Source of the DNA: Hydrurus foetidus
Lineage: Eukaryota
DNA: 20,000 nt
Assembly (NCBI GenBank): GCA_900617105.1
Contig: UYFQ01000162.1
Location: 60,560-80,559 of the forward strand
Direction of reading: 5' to 3'
Each line of letters starts with the position of its first letter. Within the stretch, counting starts at the first letter, position 1. A program made the position numbers and the translations under genes. Shown here piece by piece: positions 1-10,389 of this stretch. Below the pieces are notes generated by a model. It was not told where the DNA came from and ran no database searches. It saw only the letters and a list, made by a program, of their open reading frames with translations.

Positions 1-250
1 ATATCTGTGCAGTATTTAAACGCTATCTGTCGCAAGCATTTAAAAGTTAGGAAATTGTTTGTACTCCATCAAATATTTCACACCGCTATGGGATTTTCTC
101 AAAAATATCTGATACCAGATGATTTAGAATAAATTCGACACCCATCAGAAATAGTCTGTCACTCCGTGTAAATAGTATGAGAAAATGAGGAGTTAAATTA
201 GGTTGAATTGAATTCTTTTCGAACACATTCCAGATGTTGACTCAAGTTCC
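1..250. repeat. Direct repeat copy 1 (probably truncated by window start)
   Basis: Aligns by eye with 672-920 at offset 671/670, with about a dozen substitutions and one 1-nt indel near 213; both copies end at GACTCAAGTTCC. Confidence 0.95.
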
Positions 251-671
251 ATATTGGTCATTATATGAGACCAATATGGATTAGTCATCGTAATTGAAGA
301 ATTCATCGATTGCTTCCCCGGCCCCTACCCTAGAGTCATTTCCAAGGGGTCGAATGGGATGGAACCACGGACAGAATCCTGGACCGGGTTTTGGACTGGA
401 CACTGGACCCACCCCCCGACCAGACACTACGACTAAATATATGGGACCCCTACTACATTTTCACTGAAATTCAGTTGCTTAAATTAGATTTCGCGCTCAA
501 CATGACTCCTTGCATCTAACTTACTGAAATAGCATCAATTATGATGATTGATGGTATCAAATATAATGCGCATTTAGAACGATATACAAGGTATGAAAAC
601 ATACGTTCAGTACATCGCAATACTACTCTGAGGAGACAAAAAGGACAAAAACATATCATGCGCAATCAAAT

Positions 672-920
672 ACATCTGTGCAGTATTTAAAAGCTGTCTT
701 TCCTAAGCATTTAAAAGTTAGGAAACTTCTTGTACTCCATCAAATATTTCACACCGCTATGGGATTTTCTCAAAAATATCTGATACCAGATGATTTAGAA
801 TAAATTCTACACCCATCAGAAATAGTCTGTCACTCCGTGTAAATAGTCTGAGAAAATGAGGAGTTAAATTAGGTTGAATTGAAACTTTTCGAACACATTC
901 CAGATGTTGACTCAAGTTCC
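672..920. repeat. Direct repeat copy 2; possibly part of a non-autonomous transposon or a ~670-bp tandem unit
   Basis: Near-identical to 1-250, AT-rich, no ORF in the track. Left limit of the unit is unknown because copy 1 runs off the window. Confidence 0.9.
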
Positions 921-1026
921 TCTGTGTGTGGGCTTGTGTGTGTTACATGTCAGGAGAAAACTGTTGCATCAGCTGTCTGCTCTGGGGGATGGTGGAATTT
1001 AAGATTCCTAATGCTTTTAGTAGACG

Positions 1027-4000
1027 TCACTTCGCCCCTCTGTCCCTAGCACTCACTAACCCTCTTGAACTGTTACCGCCACCATTATTTGCATTGTCAC
1101 TTCCACTATTGAAGCCATTATTACGGCGACCACTAGCACCAGTGCTAGAGCCACCACCATTGCCACTACTACGGGGATGAATAGCCGCCTCTACAGTAAA
1201 CTTACGGTGTACAGGAGAAACCTCCTGTGCAACACCCGTAATATTTACCTTCCCCCTATTTCTATCCCCAGAGGGACCTGATTCTACCCGAAGTCCAAGG
1301 TCTGGATCTTGGGTCGAAATACTGGAATTTGAGCGTTTTTTAATCAGGGTTTGTAGACGTGCTGCTTTTGTTTTTTCGGTATGCACTAGATGTTGGAGTT
1401 CTTCGAGTTCTAAATCTTTGGCAGACATATCTGATTTTATCTGAAAGAAATGAAGAAAATAAACGAAAATGAGGAAATGGGTGAGTGTTGGAATAAACGG
1501 AATAAATTTGGATAGTTGGGAATCAATTTTTCAGTAAGATGTTAGCGAGAGATTGGAAGAACAGCGAGATGCATCAGTGATAAAATAAGGCAAACAAGTA
1601 AGCAAAACGACAAGTTAGCAAGGAATAGTCTGAGTAGTTATTTTACTTTACAATAAACAACGTTAATTAAGTTCAGATTATTGTCTTTCTAGCATTTATA
1701 TATAAGGTCACATGTGCGCAATACATGACGGACGCATGCATGCACATCCAATAGGGCGAACAGCAATTTGAATGCGGAAGTCACATTCGCTTACAGATAT
1801 ATCTTATATAGCATCTAATGCCTCTCAAACATAACAAGCAGTACTACCTCTCGATCCAACTCGTCAAGGCGGGTATCTCTCTCCCTCTCCAAACTTTTCA
1901 ATTCTTCTTGACACGCTATTTCGGCAATCTCATCTTCTCTCAGTATTCCTTTTAAAGCATCGAGCATTTCTCGCTCCTAAAGAGAGGAAAATAAATTTTT
2001 GTCAGGTAATTTATTTAGCAGGAGAAAAAGTATTGAACGGTTTCACATTGACACTAATTATCATTCATTTCTATCACATATACATGTATCCTTTCCCACC
2101 TTCTGTTGAATGTTTTGTTTGCGTGTGTTTGTCTGCCTGTCCATCCTGCCTTCCAGTTCCTTTGCTTTCAGGTTTACCGTGTCTATCGCCCCCCGGTAAG
2201 TTTCTATTTCCCGCCTAATTTCCCTCAAACTCTCGGAAGATCTGAAAATTGAGTAAATTTTGATGAGGGAAAAAATTGATAAATCGAGAAATGAACATTT
2301 GGAAATTAGTGAAGTTGTAATGTGACGTCGTGTTGAAGTTTTGGTAGGAAGGTGCACGTATTTAGACGGCAATTTAAAGAATTTAAAGACGATATTTAAC
2401 ATTCAAATTATGATGAATTGTCAGCCATGAAAGAGAATAACGGAATAAAGGATTGAATAATTTGGTTTTCAAGTCAGTAAATAAATAAGTAAACACATAC
2501 ATATACAAATAAACAAATAAACAAACACATAAATAAATGAATGAATGAATGAATGAATGAATGAATGAATGAATGAATGAATGAATGAATGAATGAATAA
2601 GTGAATGAATGAATAAATAAATAAGAGATCTGCACGGATGTGGTAGTTGACATCGCATGCACTTACCGTGAGTTACGGCTGTTCTGTTCTTTTAAATCCA
2701 AGAGCAATTGTTCTTTTTCAAGTACGCACGATGACATTTCTTCGGTAAACGCCCTAGGAAGAGAAAACATTCTAAAGAGTTAGGAGGGTTTCAGTTGATT
2801 GTTTTGCAGGATCATGTTCAAATTAAATAGTACGTTACATTGCTGATTTTAATTGCAGCAATCGCCATAACGTTAGCTTGCTATAATAATTCAAAGCCAC
2901 ATAGCTGTGGTAGAGATGAATTTATAGGAGTTTACGATGGCATCTAATAAATAGCAGCAGAAGTATTTGTCCAGTATTTGCCACCTTTGTTTTCGTTGAA
3001 ACACTTCAAGTTCTTTATTGCGGGCGCAAACGCTCTGCGCTTTTTCCTCCTCATTCTTAGCTCGCAATAATCTCTCCATCTTCACCTGTAAATTACAAAC
3101 AGTTAATCATCATGCACAATTCATGAATAGAATTAGTCAGGCATAGAAGCCATAAGTACAATCAGATATTCTGATATTGCATCTAATACACCATTTCATT
3201 TAACAGTCTAGATATAGCTCTCTAAATAAATTCAATGCTGATTCCAAAAAATAGCAGTCGGTGCGATTCAGCCGGTTACGATATAATAAATGATAAATAA
3301 CGTCTCCCGTAAAACGTTGCACACAGTGCATCTCTTCTAGAAAATAACATCGAATAGTAATTGACTTACCGTCTCCAATTGCAATTGTCTGATTTCGCTT
3401 TGTATTCTTTTGTCTCGTTCAGCCAATAAATTGAAGTCAGCATCGCAATCAACTGGACCACTTCTAACTCTGTCGCCCATTTTACTCTCACCCCCTCTAC
3501 TTGACGGACGACCCCCTCCTCCCTCCCCTTTCCTGTCCCCCTCCTTGTCCCCTTCCCTGTCCCCTTATTGAATTGGATCTGGAATCAGGTTCACAGTCTT
3601 CTTCAACTTCAACTTCAACTTGAGTGCGTATACGTTGCTCTAGCTCCCTCCTCTCTTCTGCAGCACGTACTCTCATTTTTTTCAACTAACGTCCGTACGG
3701 TATAGATGCAATTAGAATAAATAAGATTTCTTATTGTGTAAGAAAATAAGTGATATTAAAATAAATAAATTAAGACAGGTTGGTTTACGTTGCCATAGAC
3801 ATTTGTGAAGAGAACGGGACATTCAATGCTCCACTTAAACTGAATGATGTAATGTTTCCTATCAGGAAACTAGTAGAGGTAAGTATAGAGACATAACCGG
3901 ATAAAATTAGATGGAAATTCAGTGATTTTGATGAAAATTTTAAAACACGTGCGTACTTGTTCGTTCTGATCCTTCTGCATAGCAATGAGTTCATTCGCAT

Positions 4001-6339
4001 TGGCTCTCTCCGCATCCCTCAGCTTTCCCCTCCACTCTTCTTGACACCGAGTAATTTCCTCTTCTAGTCTCTGACGCTCATTAGCTCTCTACATCGTGTG
4101 TGGGTGTTGTGTGTGGGGTGTGGAATCAGACCAAAGATCCTTTTTTATTGGACTTGTTTTTTTGCTGCGTATGTTTACGGATAAATAGCATGCGAGTGTG
4201 GACAGACGTGTGTATAATAGGCGTTTCAATCTCCAATTGAAGGAAAGCGATTCTGGTATATTTCCCGCCCTATTGCACTTCATGTGTGTGTGTATGCGTG
4301 AGGACTGTTTGTTCTTTGTTACTTGTTACTCTGGATATGTGTATGGTGTGTCTGCATGTGCTGCTTTACTGTGAGTGTGTTCATCTATCCATCGCTAAAT
4401 GAACTACTGTAGCTCCTGCCTATCGAAATGTGTGCTTACTGACATATATACACATATGTATGCACATATGTATGCGTGTGATTGTCTGTATGTTTGCATG
4501 AATGCAGAAGTATACGTATGTATGCAAAGTCGTATGTATGTACGTGTATGCATATGTACGCATACATGCATCCATGTACGTACGTGCATGTCCACATGTC
4601 AGTACATATTTCACCTGGATTGATGCCTGCACTCTGAGTGCTTCTGCCTCTGCGTCATCATCCGCTCCCAGCTCTCTCAGCCTCTGTCTGTGCTCCCTCT
4701 CCTGCTTTTGGAGCTCACTCTCGATGGCCTCTCCTGTCAGCAATCAAAATAGATGGCAGTTTAGTATGTATTTTCTGTGGAGTTACAAACTTCATGAAGA
4801 TGATAAAGGCAGTGTTCTGTACTGATAAGATTCCACTTCAACTTCAACTTCAAGTATTCCAGCAACTACTACTATCTCGAAACCATCAAAACATTTTCAT
4901 TAGTTTCTAATTAGACTTCACTGCTATTCTCGTACACAACCTCGAATGAAAATGATTCTGCCTAGTGAAACGGTATAAAGTGTTCACATTTCCTTTATTT
5001 GCATAAGCAGTGAATCTCGTTACACAAAGATTACTCTCTGTCCATTATAATTGTCACACACATTATTCTCTATTCGTAGTCATCTGCAGTTGCTGTACAC
5101 ATTCCGTTACCTCTATTTTTCAAAGATCTTTTCCCTGCTTCCCTGATCGCCCTTTCCTCTGACTCGACTGTCTCAGCAAGCTTGCTGCGCAAAGCTGTGG
5201 GTAAAGCAAATAGAACAAGAGGAAGTGTAAAATAGAAATTGAGGAATAGCGCATCTGATTACTCTTCATGCACCATAGACCCGTTCTCCTCTCCTCTCCT
5301 CCATCTCTATTGACTATAGACCCATTCTCCTCTCCAAGAAATTGAGGAATAGCGCATCTGATTACTCTTCATGTAAGTTCGTGGCGATAGAAAAGGTGAT
5401 ATGCAACTTGCAGTGTCCTTGATATTATGAACGCTTTTTCGCATGAGTAAGAAAGCTTCGTCAGATCTTGAAAATGTATCATCATATTTTCTTGAACCAT
5501 ATTAATTACTGTATACAACAATGGAGGGAACATATCACACATAAAACGATACCTTCACGCAGCCTCCTTTCCTCTCCCTTGAACTTGCGCTCTAAATCCA
5601 GCATTTCCTGCTCATGCGAGAGGTCTATTCTTTTGAGGTCGCCGCTCATCGCTTTCGATGTCGCATCCCTCACTTCACCTGCTTTACTTACAAGATACTG
5701 AGGGGTACAAGGGATTGGCTTCTATAAAAAGGTTGTTCAGCTTGAAATTTATGTGTTCATCCTGTCCAAAATTGCTGACCGTGAAACATGTAGAACTGAC
5801 CTTCTGTAGACGTTCTTCATGTCCTGATCGAAACAATCTTTTCTCTTGGTCAATTGAACTCTCAATGTCGTTGAATACTTTCCGAGCTGTGATGGCGGCC
5901 TCGCCTTCCTTTTCTTTTAATTCGTCAATGAGAATTCTGCATGACTCCACTAAATCCTTCTTCCTCTCGATGAGCTGTCGAAGATTGATCAAACTGATCA
6001 AGCTGGATCATGCCGAATGTGCTAAGAAAGTCATCTATGATATTGCACCTTGTTTGTGTCTTCTGCTAATTTGTCAGCTTGCTCCTGATTGCCAGAGACT
6101 TCGCTCTAAAAGGCAGATGGACGGGGGCTTTATGTCACGTCTGGACAACTTTTTATAGAATAATTTCGAATCACCTTTATGATAAGCTGATACTTCTCTT
6201 CATATTTTGATTCTATGAGTCCCAACTGGTCCCTTTCACCCCTCACTTTCTGTTCCAGAATTTTGCATACTTTAGACTTATCTTCCAAGTCTACACTCAA
6301 GTTTATGAGCTGCTCGCGAATTTGTTGGTAAGTATTCAT
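1027..6339 (-). CDS. CEP131: Multi-exon coiled-coil protein, CEP131/AZI1-like centriolar protein (~687 aa if the exon-8 frameshift is corrected)
   Basis: 13 exons with GT-AG introns and consistent phases: 6339-6175, 6105-6049, 5974-5801, 5697-5553, 5194-5111, 4733-4615, 4088-3957, 3685-3370 (internal 1-nt frame break), 3085-2985, 2753-2667, 2241-2100, 1976-1848, 1440-1027. E/K/R-rich heptads. Segments LSVDLEDK, LIERKKDLVESC, ERDKRIQSEIRQL and LDELDREIKSDMSAKD occur in the same order as recalled CEP131 segments (LEVEEKK, LIEDKKVLSEKC, RDKEIELVIHRL, LEEVHRRVKTALARKE). The gene structure is firmer than the family call. Confidence 0.65.
2478..2624. repeat. Compound microsatellite: (ATGA)15 at 2537-2596 flanked by AAAT/AAAC units, intronic
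   Basis: Directly visible; explains the spurious IHSF-repeat ORFs. Confidence 0.97.
4430..4610. repeat. Degenerate (ATGT/ATGC/ACGT)n low-complexity tract, intronic
   Basis: Alternating purine-pyrimidine sequence within intron 4089-4614. Confidence 0.85.
5234..5373. repeat. Exact 37-bp direct duplication (5234-5270 / 5337-5373) enclosing a 20-bp near-duplicate
   Basis: AGAAATTGAGGAATAGCGCATCTGATTACTCTTCATG occurs twice; ATAGACCCRTTCTCCTCTCC occurs at 5275 and 5316. Confidence 0.93.
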
Positions 6340-6957
6340 GATAAAAGATATTCTCAGTAATAGAGTCGTTTTCGAACGTGTTCGTGACAGGCGAAAAAGA
6401 ATCTCAACCGCATCACAGCCAGCTGGAACGTTGCCCTCTCAGACTTAGATGAGAATCAAAACGATGGGAGCTGTGAGGAGTTGTTAAAACGAAGATCGAG
6501 AGATATGCTGGAAACGTAACTGTAAAGCTGAAGATACGTATGCTGCATGACAATGCGTATACATTGTACAGTGTACAGTATACAGCATACAGAATCATTG
6601 GATCTGGAATCTGACCCAAAGGACCCATGTGGACTGTTGACCGTGGACCGTGGACCCGATGGAAGATGGAAGTGACCCGCTGGGACCTTGGATCGAATGT
6701 TATCGTTGGCAACACACAGTCAGGAGAAGTGGAGCAGCCTTTCCCAACAAAACCTCACTCCACTCGAAGAACAATTTGTGATCAGCAACTCGGAACAGGT
6801 GTTTGCATAGCACTACAGTATGGAATGAAGGGTGCCTCTCTGGCCCTCATCGTGTTGCAAAATCAATGGAGAACGGCCGTGAAATTGCATTCGCCTTGAA
6901 GACTCAGTTGTGAAGCACTGGAGCTGTCCCTACATTCATCAACTGGGGTCTCCGAAG
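6340..6957. promoter_or_regulatory. Probable bidirectional promoter between divergent genes
   Basis: 618 bp between the minus-strand ATG at 6339 and the plus-strand ATG at 6958; positional inference only. Confidence 0.5.
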
Positions 6958-9900
6958 ATGGCACCAGTGTCATTTTTAAGTCAGATCAGCTTCTTCATAT
7001 GTTTTCTGACCTTTGGTTGTGGCTTCCGTACAAAGCATTCAACGAAGTTAGGACTCTATCTTTCCAACCATGGGGACTTGCGACTCGACATGCGTACTCT
7101 TCTGATAGATAATTTCGACTCGTATACCTACAATATCTGGCAGCTACTCTCTGAAGTTAATGGGGAGGAGCCCATAGTCGTGTACAATAATGCATTTAAT
7201 TACAATTGGGATGAGCTGCTACTAAATGTGCCCAAGTTTGACAACATTGTTATTTCACCTGGTCCGGGAAGCCCTGATGTACATTCTGATTTTGGAATAT
7301 GTCGAGAAGCGATACTGCAGTCAAATATTCCCGTTCTAGGTGTTTGCCTAGGCCATCAGGGCATTGCGCATTCTTTTGGCGCGACAGTCAGGAGAGCGAA
7401 AATTCCGATGCACGGAAGACTGTCATCAATATCACATACAAATGCTGGCCTGTTCCACAACATTCCACAAGAATCTAGTGTCGTTAGATATCATTCACTT
7501 GTGGTTGACAAAGACACTCTTCCACGAGAGCTACGAGCTACAGCCTGGACCAGTGACAATGTTATCATGGGACTGGAACACACCTCGAAGCCTATTTATG
7601 GAGTACAATTTCATCCAGAGAGCATATCGACAGCATGCGGAAAACAGCTTTTCAGCAACTTTAAGGTGTTAACTGAGAAATTCTATTCGGACCAAGAAGT
7701 TTCTGCCATTGAAGCTCATGTAGGACAAACGAGGAGTGGGACTGGATCTGTAAGTCATGGTAAAATCAGTGACGCTCACACATCTGCTTCTCAAGTGAGA
7801 AACATCGTTATTTCGAAGAGAACTTTCTCCTCTCCAATTAATGTCAAGAGTATTTTTAGAGAATTGTATGGTGAGAGTTCAGCATCTTTCTGGCTTGACT
7901 CTTCTTCTTCTGGTCCTGTTCAGGGGAGGGCTGATCGGTCTACTCCCATTTCCATATTTGGAGATCTGGACTCATCAGAAGATTCATTTGCTGTGGAGTA
8001 TCACGGATCTAATCAGCTCACAAAGAGAAAGACGGGACAGAAAGTGGGCGAGAGTCTGAACTGCAATATTTTTGAGTTTCTTGATCAAGAACTCGAGAAT
8101 GGCAAGAAATCTACTGACGTCATTTATTTCAATGAGAATTCGGGAAATGAAAATGAGAACAAATCCCCTGCATTTTCAAGGAAAGATCCAGCCGTTGTCT
8201 TACCATTTAACATTACTAGTGCACTGTTTGGGTTCTTGGGATATGAAGCAAGACATGAAGCGACCGAAATACTCACACAGTCGTACAAGAACGCGTACGA
8301 GAAGTACGATCTTTCAGCCACACATGCTTCTGGTTTTCAAAGTAGCAAATGGGTGCAAAATCTGACTCATCCGATGGCATTCTTTATGCGTCCTGCACAG
8401 TATGTGGTGCATGATCATGCGAGTAGTTCTATTTATGTAGTTAGTACGGCTGGAGATAGAAACAATGACATCAGTGGTGCGGAACACTCTTCTGTTCAGC
8501 TCATGGACAGAATAGCAGATATAGTCTCAAAAACCGTAACAGCTCCACCAAGCGATAGCAAGGATAGTCAAACATCATCTTTCACTGGTGCTGAGGATGG
8601 TGTCAGCGGCAATGCGAAAAATGTCCTATATGCAGTGAAATCAAAAGATGAATATAGACAAGACATTGAGAAGTGCCTAGAGTACATCAAGGCTGGAGAG
8701 AGCTATGAAATATGTCTAACCCTTCAATTTAAAGGAGAATGTGAGAAAGTCGATGGGGAGAGAGTGAAGCCACTGGACATGTACGAAAATCTTCGGGCCA
8801 AAAACCCCGCCCCCTATAGTTGTTACCTACATTTCGACCCCGTGAAGTTCACCGCACCTACCACTGTCCCTCCCCTGGAGACATCAGAGAAGGACAGTGT
8901 ATCTATAGCGGTTAGTAGTGTCGATCCTACTCTTAGTTGGTGTCTCCCTGGTGGCTTCACGATTTGCTCTTCCTCTCCCGAGAGATACCTCAAGGCTTCT
9001 AAGGTACAACAATCTTCAATTTAGACTGCGTGAAAGTAAAGCATGCTTTCTGCAATCTATGACCGATGACATATTGATTTGCAGCTTGATTAAATTCGGA
9101 TCGTTTTTGGTTCGGACATTAATCGAATTAAAAGAGTTTCGTTGTGCTGTGACACTTATTCAAAATAACCTGAGATCACACATATGTATGCGTCTCGGAA
9201 ATTCACCATGTAGCCCAACAGCTCACTTCTTCGTCACATCAAAACATTCATAACTGATTTGATCTCACTCTCCGATCTTGACTATATCCATCCAGGACGG
9301 CATCATAGAGTCTAAGCCCATCAAAGGAACAGCCCGTAGAAATCTAGAGAACCCAGTAATAGACGCAGCTATAGCCCAGGAGCTTAGGGACGATGAGAAG
9401 AGTCAAGCAGAAAACCTCATGGTAGTTGATCTCGTGAGAAACGATTTTGGGAGAGTGTGTGATGTAGGTTCTGTGTGTGTTCCTGACCTTATGCGCATTG
9501 AAACGTACGCATCCGTACATCAGTTGGTGAGTACGATAAAGGGCAAGTTGCAAAAGGAGAGATCTCTCGTAGACGCGATAGTGGCGACTTTCCCAGGAGG
9601 ATCCATGACAGGTACATGAGAGCTTCTTAGAACTGCACCATCCTCATTGACGTAGTTGATATTGCATCTTCGTGAGTGAGAGATGACTGAGGTGACGTTC
9701 TGCTCTCTTCTTTCCATAATGTTTTCGTAGTCACACCACATATTCTTACTATGCAAAGGTGCACCGAAATTGCGCACGATGGATATCATCGACGAAATAG
9801 AGTCGCGCCCTAGGGGCATCTACTCAGGAGCCATTGGGTACATCGGCTACAACGGAGAGAGCGATCTGAATATTGTCATCCGCACCGCCATCTTGGCCGG

Positions 9901-10389
9901 GGATACCGTGACTGTTGGGTCTGGAGGCGCGATAGTAGCCTTATCAGAGCCAAGCCAGGTACACTACCCCTCACAGTATATCTGTCTCACCGTCACACAC
10001 TGAAGAGATTGTCTATGCATACACCCCTTCCTCATCTATGTTTCACAACAGCTGTAGCTTCAATGATTCGTAAATCGTGTTAATTGTCATCTGCATCGCC
10101 TTCCTCCAACCTTCTTTATTGATACAACAAACTTATCCGAAAGTCCTGATTTTCAGACGTGGCTTACTGATAACGTTGGAGAAATATCTGATGAATTAAA
10201 GAAATGGGTTCAACGCAGAGACTTTCGAACATGTGCCTATGAAGTCCATCAACATTAACTCAACTTCTTTTCGTTTCTCATTGTTGCGCCTTCTTTACCT
10301 CACAGGAAGTAGATGAAGTTATACTGAAGGCCCAGGCTGTCAGTCGTCCCCTGGGTTACACACTGTCATTCGGAGCAGATGTAGCATAG
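6958..10389 (+). CDS. ADCS: Aminodeoxychorismate synthase (fused PabA glutamine amidotransferase + PabB), 881 aa, with probable plastid-targeting presequence
   Basis: Exons 6958-9003, 9296-9611, 9759-9958, 10306-10389 (2646 nt, GT-AG, in frame). GATase motifs LLIDNFDSYTYN, ISPGPG, GVCLGHQ, VRYHSL, QFHPES. Chorismate-binding motifs SSPERYL, SKPIKGT (Lys typical of PabB, versus PIAGT in TrpE), AENLMVVDLVRND, FPGGSMTGAPK (restored by splicing), RGIYSGAIGY, LNIVIRT, GGAIVALS. Confidence 0.96.

Noticed and set aside
1..920. CRISPR array or LTR pair
   Set aside because: Only two long copies with no repeat-spacer periodicity; no TG...CA ends, primer-binding site or polypurine tract recognised.
2383..2662. 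ORFs with IHSF repeats
   Set aside because: Translations of the intronic (ATGA)n microsatellite.
4399..4623. Cys/Met/His/Tyr-rich short ORFs
   Set aside because: Arise from the degenerate ATGT low-complexity tract.
6910..6957. GTG start of the 704-aa ORF
   Set aside because: Eukaryotic gene; ATG at 6958 begins a clean signal peptide.
10188..10204. CTGATGA...GAAA hammerhead-like core
   Set aside because: No stem II or flanking helices.
6958..10389. Anthranilate synthase, or a bacterial-style split or frameshifted pabAB
   Set aside because: PIKGT and the GATase-first order favour ADCS; the breaks are ordinary GT-AG introns.
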